A stretch of 64,000 bases of DNA from Phyllobates terribilis (taxonomy: Eukaryota), in the NCBI RefSeq assembly GCF_046119375.1, contig NW_027362765.1:554652001-554716000 (forward strand). Reading direction: 5' to 3'. The notes under the pieces were generated by a model, which had not been told where the DNA came from, did no database searches, and worked only from the letters and a program-made list of their open reading frames with translations. This document shows positions 1-11,200 of the stretch, in pieces. Both the position numbers and the translations under genes were made by a program. Numbering within the stretch: the stretch's first letter is position 1; each line of letters begins with the position of its first letter.

Positions 1-834
1 TTTTGAAATATTTTCCCCAAGAAGTAAATATTAACTTACTGCAAGTGTCACTTAGAAATCACATAGGATTTTCAGGCATCTTTCATACTGGGAAAAAAGT
101 TGCTCAATTTTAAGAAGAAATCCATTCCAGGTGCTATGAAGAGAATAAATGAACAATGCCTGGTCATTACGAGTTCTGACCCTTGTGCCTTGTGCTGGTG
201 GTGATCATGACATTGGAGGGAACTAGGGAAGTAATGCCCCCAAACTGTGGTTACAGCCCAGACACCTCTCCAAACAGCCCACCACAGCAGTGCTGGAGAG
301 GAAAAATGGGGCTTTCCGTTCAAGTGACCCATGGAAGTCACAGGCGGTCTAAAGAAATCTTACATTTATGAACCATTCTGTGGTTTTCCATAGCTCCTCT
401 TCTAGCTCTGTTCTCGAATGAAGTGGATGAATAATGAAAGGAGGACCCGGGGGGGGTGTCCATCCCTTGTTAACATACATTAATGGGGTATTACAGAAAA
501 AAATAGTAATTAATTTTTTAAGTTCTTCACCTTATTTATATCCTTGATGTCTGATCTTCAGCTTCAGACCCAGGTCCCTGTAGGTCATCTTCTGTTGTTT
601 TTGTTTAATGTGGCTTGTGATTAGTGTTGAGCCACCCCCGTAGTGTTCGGGTTCGGTTCGGTTCGTCGAACACCGGGATGTTCGAGGAACTGTTCGTCGA
701 ACTGTTCGTCGAACACCTTAGAACACCGTCGAACACCGTTAAAACCAATGGCAGGCAAACAAAAACACATAGAAACACATAGAAAACACCTGCAAAGGTG
801 TCCAAAAGCTGACAAACTGCTCAGAAGACACTCT

Positions 835-1410
835 CTTTAAAAAAGCCGGCCGGCAAATTCAGCAGCGGCATACACCGGTACCCGACAATTTAGACAAGAA
901 GGAATAGAGCATCACACATAGATTAGATAGATAGAAACATGTCAGTCACACATATAAGAAGCACAGTGACAGTGTTGGTTACTGCACTTGTCATTTAGTG
1001 TAAAGGATTTATTAAAAAAAATATTAGTGTTTTCATGCACCGTCTCTTTAAAAAAGCCGGCCGGCAATTCAGCATCTGTACCCGACAATTTAGAACAGAA
1101 AGATAGAGCATCACACATAGATTAGATAGATAGAAACATGTCAGTCACATATATAATAAGTACAGTGATAGTGTTGCTTACTGTACTTGTCATTTAGTGT
1201 AAAGGATTTATTTAAAAAAATAATAGTGTTTTCATGCACTGTCTCTTTAAAAAAGCCGGCCGGCAATTCAGCAGCGGTACCCGACAATTTAGAACAGAAA
1301 GATAGAGCATCACACATAGATTAGATAGATAGAAACATGTCAGTCACATATATATGAAGTACAGTGATAGTGTTGGTTACTGTACTTGTCATTTAGTATT
1401 AAAATAAAGG
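835..1410 (+). repeat. ~205-bp tandem units (3 copies), left arm of the foldback element
   Basis: Unit CTCTTTAAAAAAGCCGGCCGGCAATTCAGC...TAGATTAGATAGATAGAAAC... recurs at about 835, 1045 and 1245. Confidence 0.9.
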
Positions 1411-4400
1411 ATTTATTATTAAAAAAATTGGCGTGGGGTTCCCCTTAATTTTAGGCTCTAGCGGAGGTTAAGCAGACGGCTGGGGCAGATGTTTGAAGCC
1501 TGGGAAGGGGGTAATACCCACGGAGCTTCCCAGGCTACTAATATCAGCCCCCAGCTGAATACATAGCCTTTACTAGCTATTAAATTGGGGGACCCCCCAA
1601 AAAAAATGACGTGGGGTCCCCCCTAATTTAATAGCTAGCAAAGGCTAGGCAGACAGCTGGGGGCTGATATTAATAGCCCAGGAAGGGAGCCATGAATATT
1701 GGCCCCCTCCCAGGCTAGAAACACCAGCCGTCAGCCGCCCCAGAAATGGCGCATTCATAGGATGCGCCAATTCTGGCACTTAGCCTCGCTCTTCCACGCT
1801 GCCCTGGTGCGGTGGCAGGGGGTAATAGGGTTGGGGTTGATGTCAGCTTATAATGCCAGCTGACATCAAGCCCAGGTTAGTAATGGAGAGGCGTCTATAA
1901 GACACCCCCATTACTAACCCCATAGTCAAAGTTAAAAAAAACACAAACACCCAGAATAAAGTCCTTTAATTGAAATAAAGACACAATCCTTTATTGTTCT
2001 AAATTAAACCATACTTACCGTCACGCCCATTCCAGCTGAAGCCAACGATCTCCTGCAATAAAAGAAAAATAATAAAGCAACCTCATCCTTACCTTTCCAT
2101 GGTTCCCACGACAGCTTCAGCTCTGCTACATCGAGATGACAGGCTGGACCGCAGCAGAACGCTGCCATCCAGCCTGTCATGCCGCAGACACTGAGAAGCG
2201 CAGGCTTGCTTGCGCTGCTCAGCGTCTCTCTGTGACGACATCCAGATGAGCCGAGTTCATGTCCAATGAACTCGGCTCACCTCATGCACGTCACTGACAG
2301 CGTGGGAAAATTCTCACGCTGAAGCGCTGATTGCAGGAGAATTTTCCCACGCTGTCAGTGACGTGCAGGAGGTGAGCTGAGTTCATTGGACATGAGCTCA
2401 CCTCATGCACATCACTGACAGCGTGGGAGAATTCTCCTGCACTCAGCACTTCAGCGTGAGAATTTTCCCACGCTGTCAGTGACGTGCATGAGGTGAGCCG
2501 AGTTCATTGGACATGACCTCGGCTCATCTGGATGCCGTCACAGCGAGACAGTGAGGAGCGCAAGCATGCCTGCGTTTCTCAGTGTCTGCGGGATGACAGG
2601 CTGGATGGCAGCGTTCTGCTGCGGTCCAGCCAGTCATCTCGATGTAGCAGAGCTGAAGCTGTCGTGGGAACCATGGAAAGCTAAGGATGAGGTTGGTTTA
2701 TTATTTTTCTTTTATTGCAGGAGATCGTTGGCTTCAGCTGGAATGGGTGTGATGGTAAGTATGGTTTAATTTAGAACAATAAAGAATTGTGTCTTTATTT
2801 CAATTAAAGGACTTTATTCTGGGTGTTGTGTTTTTTTTAAATACTTTACTAGAAATTCATGGCGGTCATGTCTAATACTGGCGTGACCCCATGAATTTTG
2901 GGCTTGGGGCCAGCTGATAATACCAAGCTGGCCCTAACCCCTTTATTACCCAGTGAGCCACCGCACCAGGGCCCTGGATGAGTTGGGTACAGCGCCAGAA
3001 GATGGCGCTTCTATGAACGCGCCATTTTCTGGGGTGGCTGCGGACTGCAATTTGTAGCGGGGGGGGGCCCAGAAAGCTTGGGTCTCCCTGCGCTGCAGAT
3101 TCCAGCCCCCAGCTGCCTAGTTGTACCTGGCTGGACACAAAAATAGGGCGAAGCCCCACGTACTTTTTTTTTAATTATTTCATGAAATTCATGAAATAAT
3201 TAAGAAAAAAAGGCCTTCCCTATATTGTTGTGTCCGGCCAGGTACAAATAGGCAGCTGGTGGTTGGGGGCAGCCCGTTCCTGCCTGCTGTACCTGGCTGG
3301 ACACAAATATAGTGCGAAGCCCCACTTCAATTTTTTTTAATTATTTCATGAAATTCATGAAATAATTAAGAAAAAAAGGGCTTCCCTATATTATTGTGTC
3401 CGGCCAGGTACAAATAGGCAGCTGGTGGATGGGGGCAGCCCGTTCCTGCCTGCTGTACCTGGCTGGACACAAATATAGTGCGACGCCCCACTTCAATTTT
3501 TTTAAATTATTTCAGGAAATTCATGAAATAATTTTAAAAAAATTGACGTGGGGCTTCGCACTATATTTGTGTCCAGCCAGGTACAGCAGGCAGGAACGGG
3601 CTGCCCCCAACCACCAGCTGCCTATTTGTACCTGGCCGGACACAACAATATAGGGAAGCCCTTTTTTTCTTAATTATTTCATGAAATAATTTAAAGAAAA
3701 TTGACGTGGGGCTTCGCCCTGTTTTTGTGTCCAGTCAGGTACAACTAGGCAGCTGGGGGCTGGAATCCGCAGCGCAGGGAGGCCCAAGCTTTCTGGGCCA
3801 CCCCCGCTGCAAATTGCAGTCCGCAGCCACCCCGGAAAATGGCGCGTTCATAGAAGCGCCATCTTCTGGCGCTGTACCCAACTCATCCAGGGCCCTGATG
3901 CGGTGGCTCACTGGGTAATAAAGGGGTTAGGGCCAGCTTGCCATTATCAGCTGGCCCTAAGCCCGAAATTCATAGGGTCACGCCAATATTAGACATGACC
4001 ACCATGAATTTCTAGTAAAGTATTTAAAAAAAACACAACACCCAGAAAAAAGTCCTTTAATTGAAATAAACACACAATTCTTTATTGTTCTAAATTAAAC
4101 CATACTTACCATCACGCCCATTCCAGCTGAAGCCAACGATCTCCTGAAATAAAAGAAAAATAATAAAGCAACATCATCCTTACCTTTCCATGGTTCCCAT
4201 GACAGCTTCAGCTCTGCTACATCGAGATGACAGGCTGGACCGCAGCAGAACGCTGCCATCCAGCCTGTCATCCCGCAGACACTGAGAAGCGCAGGCTTGC
4301 TTGCGCTCCACAGTGTCTCTCTGTGAGGGCATCCAGATGAGCCGAGTTAATGTCCAATGAACTCGGCTCACCTCATGCACGTCACTGACAGCGTGGGAAA

Positions 4401-5639
4401 ATTCTCCTGCACTCAGCGCTTCAGCGTGGGAGAATTCTCACACTGAAGCGCTGAGTGCAGGAGAATTCTCCCACGCTGTCAGTGACGTGCAGGAGGTGAG
4501 CTGAGTTCATTGGACATGAGCTCACCTTATGCACGTCACTGACAGCGTGGGAAAATTCTCCTGCACTCAGCGCTTCAGCGGGAGAATTCTCACGCTGAAG
4601 CGCTGAGTGCAGGAGAATTCTCCCACGCTGTCAGTGACGTGCAGGAGGTGAGCTGAGTTCATTGGACATGAGCTCACCTTATGCACGACACTGACAGCGT
4701 GGGAGAATTCTCCTGCACTCACCGCTTCAGCTTGAGAATTTTCCCACGCTGTCAGTGACGTACATGAGGTGAGCCGAGTTCATTGGACATGAACTCGGCT
4801 CATCTGGATGTCGTCACAGAGAGACGCTGAGCAGCGCAAGCAAGCCTGCGCTTCTCAGTGTCTGCGGGATGAGAGGCTGGATGGCAGCGTTCTGCTGCGG
4901 TCCAGCCTGTCATCTCGATGTAGCAGAGCTGAAGCTGTCGTGGGAACCATGGAAAGGTAAGGATGAGGTTGCTTTATTATTTTTCTTTTATTGCAGGAGA
5001 TCGTTGGCTTCAGCTGGAATGGGCGTGACGGTAAGTATGGTTTAATTTAGAACAATAAAGGATTGTGTCTTTATTTCAATTAAAGGACTTTATTCTGGGT
5101 GTTTGTGTTTTTTTTAACTTTGACTATGGGGTTAGTAATGGGGGTGTCTTATAGACGCCTCTCCATTACTAACCTGGGCTTGATGTCAGCTGGCATTATA
5201 AGCTGACATCAACCCCAACCCTATTACCCCCTGCCACCGCACCAGGGCAGCGTGGAAGAGCGAGGCTAAGTGCCAGAATTGGCGCATCCTATGAATGCGC
5301 CATTTCTGGGGCGGCTGACGGCTGGTGTTTCTAGCCTGGGAGGGGGCCAATATTCATGGCTCCCTTCCTGGGCTATTAATATCAGCCCCCAGCTGTCTGC
5401 CTAGCCTTTGCTAGCTATTAAATTAGGGGGGACCCCACGTCATTTTTTTTGGGGGGTCCCCCATTTTAATAGCTAGTAAAGGCTATGTATTCAGCTGGGG
5501 GCTGATATTAGTAGCCTGGGAAGCTCCGTGGGTATTACCCCCTTCCCAGGCTTCAAACATCTGCCCCAGCCGTCTGCTTAACCTCCGCTAGAGCCTAAAA
5601 TTAAGGGGAACCCCACGCCAATTTTTTTAATAATAAATC

Positions 5640-6400
5640 CTTTATTTTAATACTAAATGACAAGTACAGTAACCAACACTATCACTGTACTTCATATATA
5701 TGTGACTGACATGTTTCTATCTATCTAATCTATGTGTGAAGCTCTATTCTGTCTGTTATAAATTGTCGGGTACCGCTGCTGAATTGCCGGCCGCCTTTTT
5801 TAAAGAGACGGTGCATGAAAACACTATTATTTTTTTTGATAAATCCTTTACGCTAAATGACAAGTACAGTAAGCAACACTGTCACTGTACTTCGTATATA
5901 TGTGGCTGACATGTTTCTATCTATCTAATCTATGTATGATGCTCTATTCTGTCTGTTATAAATTGTCGGGTACCGCTGCTGAATTGCCGGCCGGCTTTTT
6001 TAAAGAGACAGTGCATGAAAACACTATTATTTTTTTAAATAAATCCTTTACACTAAATGACAAGTACAGTAATCAACACTGTCACTGCACTTCTTATATA
6101 TGTGACTGACATGTTTCTATCTATCTAATCTATGTGTGATTCTCTATTCCTTCTATTCTAAATTGTCGGGTACCGCTGCTGAATTGCCGGCCGGCTTTTT
6201 TAAAGAGACGGTGCATGAAAACACTATTATTTTTTTTGATAAATCCTTTACGCTAAATGACAAGTACAGTAAGCAGCACTTTCACTGTACTTCGTATATA
6301 TGTGGCTGACATGTTTATATCTATCTAATCTATGTGTGAAGCTCTATTCTTTCGGTTCTAAATTGTCGGGTACCGGTGTATGCCGCTGCTGAATTGCCGG
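5640..6400 (-). repeat. ~200-bp tandem units (4 copies), right arm, inverted relative to 835-1410
   Basis: Reverse-complement units ...GTTTCTATCTATCTAATCTATG...GAATTGCCGGCCGGCTTTTTTAAAGAG. Confidence 0.9.
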
Positions 6401-7604
6401 CTTTTCGTGTTTTACTGTGAGCACAGTTCCCATCGATTTGGGCAATCACTGTAATGCCACAACCACCATGGCTGTGGCATTACAGTGAGTGGCAGACAAT
6501 CCCTGCATGATTGGTGCTCTAAATAGCGCCAGACATGCAGGACACGCTTTTGGTGCACGAACAGTTATCGAACATAACCTCGAACAGCCGAATTTTTTGC
6601 AAATCGTTCGGGTTCGTCGAACAACTCGAACACCGCCCAAAACAGCTCGAATTTGAGATTGGCGAACAGTTCTAGTCGAACACCGCTCATCTCTACTTGT
6701 GATTTGAGCTGTGTGTGGCTGCCTCGCTGCTTATTTCAGTAGCCAAGCCAGCCCCCTTCTCTGTCTATATATGAGAAGGATCCTGGTTTAGCTATTGAAA
6801 TTGGCAGTCAGCCGGCTCCGTTCACACACAGTCATGTGTGCACACTGGATATGCTGTCCTGTGATGGGCACTAAGCGGAGAGCATCTGACGGGACCAGAG
6901 CTCAAAGCCGCAGATCGTTGCACCTTTCAGACAGCGAGTATATTAATAAAAGCTTTACTTTTTATGTTATAAAATCACTTTACTGCCCATTCCACAGGAT
7001 AACCCATTTATAGAAGCAATATAAAACATATTCATAAAGTTTATTTATACAGGGTGTTTCCATTTTTTATACATGTGATATCACATGTATAAAGCTGCAG
7101 GTTGGTTTAAATAAACCAGAGGCATCTCAGTAGGCCATTTATTTGAAAACAATATTGTATTGTTTTTCTGGAAGCAGATACACAGTAACACAGCAAACAT
7201 TCATAACATTACTGAACAGGTTCTTCAAGGTGTGCACCGAGCACCTCCCCCGATCTGCCACAGGTAAACCCATTATTAGGAAGACAGTGTCGCTCCTTTT
7301 GTAGGATAATACGGACCTCACAGCTTTTGAAAATGGTGCTGGTCTGATTGTGATGCTAAAGTAATCGATTGTTACATGATTTTTTTTAAATCCCTGGTAT
7401 TTTGCATTTTCTGATCTACAATGCATTTCCTGGCTTCTTGATTTGTGACCTGAAACGCGCCATGCAGACAAAATAAATTCACCTTTTACCATTTAGTCAT
7501 TTAGTATGGACCCATCAGCTGATATTGAAGGGGAAAACTGCTTGTAATTACAGCCTGCCATACACTTGAAAGGAATCTGTCAGCAGGTTTTTGCTATGTA
7601 ATCT

Positions 7605-8233
7605 TGTCACGGGTGTGTTGCCACGAAGATCGTCACGAGTACACAGCCTGACTTCTCGCAGCTGACTTGTTGGTGCTTTGTGTTTTCTCGGCAGTGTAGG
7701 AGTTAATTCTCTCTCTCTCTGGGCTAGCTGAGGTCCAGCCTCGCCCAGCTGCAATCAATGCTTCTTTAGTGAGACTCCTTTATATTCCTGCAGGTCTGTT
7801 TGGGAGGTGTCGGTGAAAGCTTTTCATTCAGACTTACAGAGCGGATCGTGGTGTTTGGAGTTGCTGAGATAAGTGTATTTGGAAGTGTGTTTTCCCTTTC
7901 CTCGCTTTATCATTTATCTCCTTTCCCGTTGGTGTTCCCTCTGTTGTAGTTGTTTAGAAGTTGTATGCAAGGTGGTTTTGGTTTTTCCCTTGTACTGTCT
8001 CGTTCGTCTAAATACTGTGTGTGGGCATATTATTTCTGGTTCCCTATTGTTGTGATCGGGGTCCTTCTCAGGACTAGATTACTTAGGTGCAGGGATCCTC
8101 AGAAGGTAGGGGTTACGCTGGCGGCCTGGACCTCTGTACCTTTAACAGTACCTCCAGGATGAGGGATTAGTCAGGGCCCCAGCTTAGGGTCAGCTTAGGC
8201 CCCCTACCTCCAGTATTCTGTGACAGTGTGACA
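7605..8233 (+). repeat. 5' LTR
   Basis: TGTCACGGG...GTGTGACA. Matches 12420-13048 at offset 4815; the ORF track gives identical translations in both LTRs. Confidence 0.97.
7779..7819 (+). promoter_or_regulatory. LTR TATA box (TTTATAT) and predicted transcript 5' end (GTCGGTGAAAG, 7809-7819)
   Basis: TATA at 7781. About 28 nt downstream lies a sequence complementary to the PBS. Confidence 0.7.
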
Positions 8234-8244
8234 TTTTCACCGAC
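8234..8244 (+). promoter_or_regulatory. Self-priming primer-binding site (TTTTCACCGAC)
   Basis: Directly follows the 5' LTR. Reverse complement of LTR 7809-7818 (10 Watson-Crick pairs plus a possible terminal G-U). Does not start with the TGG of a tRNA-CCA PBS. Confidence 0.8.
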
Positions 8245-8268
8245 CATCTTAGTTTTTCTCCAGCTACC

Positions 8269-11200
8269 ATGGATCCAGTAGCCGGTCTAGCTCGGCAATT
8301 GCAGAGTTTGTCCATGGGGCTGGCGGACGTTAGGTCCAAGGTTTTGCATCCTCTGGAGCAAGCCGGACCAGAACCTAAAGTAGCTCTCCCTGACAGGTTC
8401 ACTGGGGGGCGGGACAAGTTTTTTGTTTTCCGGGAGGCATGCAAATTGTACTTTCGGCTGCGGCCTCGGTCATCGGGCAGTGAAGAACAAAGGGTGGGAA
8501 TTGTCATCTCGCTCCTACAAGGGGACCCACAATCTTGGGCGTTCTCTCTTCCCCCAAGCTCCCCGGTTCTCCAGTCAGTGGATAGGTTTTTCGCTGCTCT
8601 GGGACTCGTACATGATGACCCAGATCGGATCTCCCTTGCTGAGTCTAAGTTACGTAGGATTCAGCAGGGAGATCGTCCGGCGGAGGAATTCTGTTCGGAG
8701 TTCCGTAGGTGGGCCACGGACACCCAGTGGAATGACCCGGCTCTTAGGAGCCAGTTTTGTCATGGTTTATCCGACAAATTACAGGATGTGTTGGCACAGT
8801 ATGACTCTCCCGCGTCACTGGAAGCCGCTATGGCCCTTGCTATTCGCGTTGACAGACGGCTTCGGGAGAGGTGCGGGATAACTCTACCCCCTGTAATGTC
8901 TCCACCTCCTACAAGGTCCCCTCATATGGTGGTTCCCCTGGTCAGTCCGGAGGAGCCTATGCAATTAGGAGGGACATCATTTCGGGGAAGGGGACCGGTG
9001 GTGCGCCATAAGACAGGAAGGTGTTTTCTCTGCGGGAAAAAGGGACATTTTATTGGGGGGTGTCCATCCCGTCCCTTGCAGAGTAAAGAGTCGTCGAAAA
9101 AACTGTTGATCCCAGGTTGTGTGGTGGACGGCAATCTGGGAGTAGGTATTTCGTCCCTAGGTTCGTCTCAGTTTCTCGTACCGGCGGAGGTGGTGGTGGG
9201 TACGAGAACTGAGAGGATATCTGTTCTTCTGGATAGTGGGGCCGGGGCTAATCTGGTTGATGCTCGGTTTGCCCGGGTTCAAGGTATGCGGTTGAGTGAG
9301 TTGGCTAAACCCATCCCCATATTCTCGATCGATGCCAGACCTCTCGGTCAGGGAAGTTTTTTGCAAGCTGTGCATGGCGTAAAACTTCAAGTGGGGGCAA
9401 TACATAAAGAACTGTTGTCTTGCTACGTGTTGGAGGGTCTTCCCACTCCTATAGTGTTGGGCCTTCCTTGGTTAGCTAAGCATAACCCGGTTATTAATTG
9501 GCAAACCAGAGAGATAAGCCAATGGAGTAAATTCTGTAATAAAAACTGCATGAACACGGTCATCGGTGCGGTTACTCCTTGGGTCTTACCTCCATTTCTG
9601 GCGGACTTTGAGGATGTATTCTCGGAGAATGGGTGTCAGGAACTACCTCCTCATCGCGTGTATGACTGTTCTGTAAAACTGCTCCCTGAGGCCAAGTTAC
9701 CTAAAGCTAGGTTGTATAACCTTTCTGGTCCTGAGAGGCAGGCCATGAAGGATTATATTTCTGAAAGTCTGGCTAAGGGGCATATTAGACCTTCATCTTC
9801 TCCGGTGGCCGCGGGGTTCTTCTTTGTTAAGAAGAAAGATGGAGGCCTACGCCCTTGCCTGGATTTCCGTGAACTTAATCGGATTACGGTCCGAGATCCG
9901 TATCCGCTCCCACTTATTCCCGATCTCTTTAATCAGATCGTGGGCGCCAAATGGTTCTCTAAGTTGGATCTCAGGGGGGCGTACAATCTGATTAGGATGA
10001 AGGAGGGGGATGAGTGGAAGACGGCTTTAAACACTCCGGAGGGGCATTATGAGAACCTTGTCATGCCATTCGGTCTGACTAATGCCCCGGCGGTGTTTCA
10101 ACACTTTGTTAATGATATTTTTCGCCACCTGGTGGGACAGTTTGTTGTCATATATCTGGATGATATCTTAATTTACTCGCCGGATCTGGTGTCTCATCAG
10201 GAGCACGTTAGACAGGTGTTACAGATCTTGCGGGATAATAAACTGTATGCCAAGTGGGAAAAGTGTGTGTTCGCCGTACAGGAACTCCAGTTTTTAGGCT
10301 TCCTGGTTTCAGCGTCCGGTTTTCGTATGGACCCTGGGAAAGTGCGGGCAGTTCTTGAGTGGGATCGGCCGGAGAATCTTAAGGCACTACAACGTTTCCT
10401 GGGGTTTGCTAACTATTACCGGAAGTTCATTCGTAATTTCTCGTCCATGGTTAAGCCTCTCACAGACATGACTAAAAAGGGGACGGATTTTTCTAGGTGG
10501 TCTGACAAGGCTTGTCAAGCATTCTCCTCCTTGAAAAAATGTTTTGCCTCGGCACCCATACTCATTCAACCTGATGCGTCTCAGCCATTCTTTGTAGAGG
10601 TAGACGCTTCCGAGGTAGGGGTGGGAGCAGTATTGTCACAGGGTTCGTCCCCTGGTAAGTGGCATCCGTGCGCCTTTTTCTCTAAAAAATTGTCGTCCGC
10701 TGAGAGGAATTACGATGTCGGCAATAGGGAACTCTTGGCCATTAAGTTAGCTTTTGAGGAGTGGCGCCATTTTTTGGAGGGGGCAGTTCATCCGGTCACC
10801 GTCATCACCGATCACAAGAACCTGCTATATCTGGAGTCCGCTAAACGTCTGAATCCCAGACAAGCTAGGTGGTCATTGTTTTTTACCAGGTTTAATTTCG
10901 TCGTTACATATCGTCCTGGGTCTAAAAATGTAAAGGCGGATGCCTTATCTCGTAGTTTCCCTGGGGCCGGGAATACGGACGACCCGATTCCTATTCTTCA
11001 GGAGGGGGTGGTGGTTTCGGCAGTATGCTCTGAGCTGGAGGAGGAGATATTGGAGGCTCAGGGGGACGCCCCTGTTGGACCTCCGGGGAGACTGTTCGTT
11101 CCAGATCAGTTGCGACAAAAGGTGATCGAGGCACACCATAACTCAGTTTTTGCAGGACACCCGGGGAGTAAAGCAACTGTGGATCTCCTCTCGCGTCGGT

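Larger units (their letters stand above)
622..6695. mobile_element. Non-autonomous hAT-type DNA transposon with nested foldback (palindromic) interior
   Basis: Termini TAGTGTTGAGC (622) and GCTCATCTCTA (6695). Exact 8-bp TSD CTTGTGAT at 614-621 and 6696-6703. No transposase ORF. Interior 835-2290 is the reverse complement of about 4775-6400. Confidence 0.92.

Noticed and set aside
77-225. Possible terminal exon after TTTTCAG (e.g. ASFILGKKLLNFKKKSIPG... or HLSYWEKSCSILRRNPFQVL*)
   Set aside because: Three frames are equally plausible, there is no recognisable homology, and any upstream exons are outside the window.
6760-7263. TATATA at about 6766 plus donor CAG|GTAAAC at 7263 as a native promoter or 5' non-coding exon of the ligand gene
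   Set aside because: Plausible but supported only by short motifs; no coding signal; cannot be distinguished from chance without transcripts.
7873-8162. Hydrophobic ORFs in the LTRs as an env-like gene
   Set aside because: Short, GTG/TTG-started, and lying inside both LTRs; a by-product of T-rich sequence.
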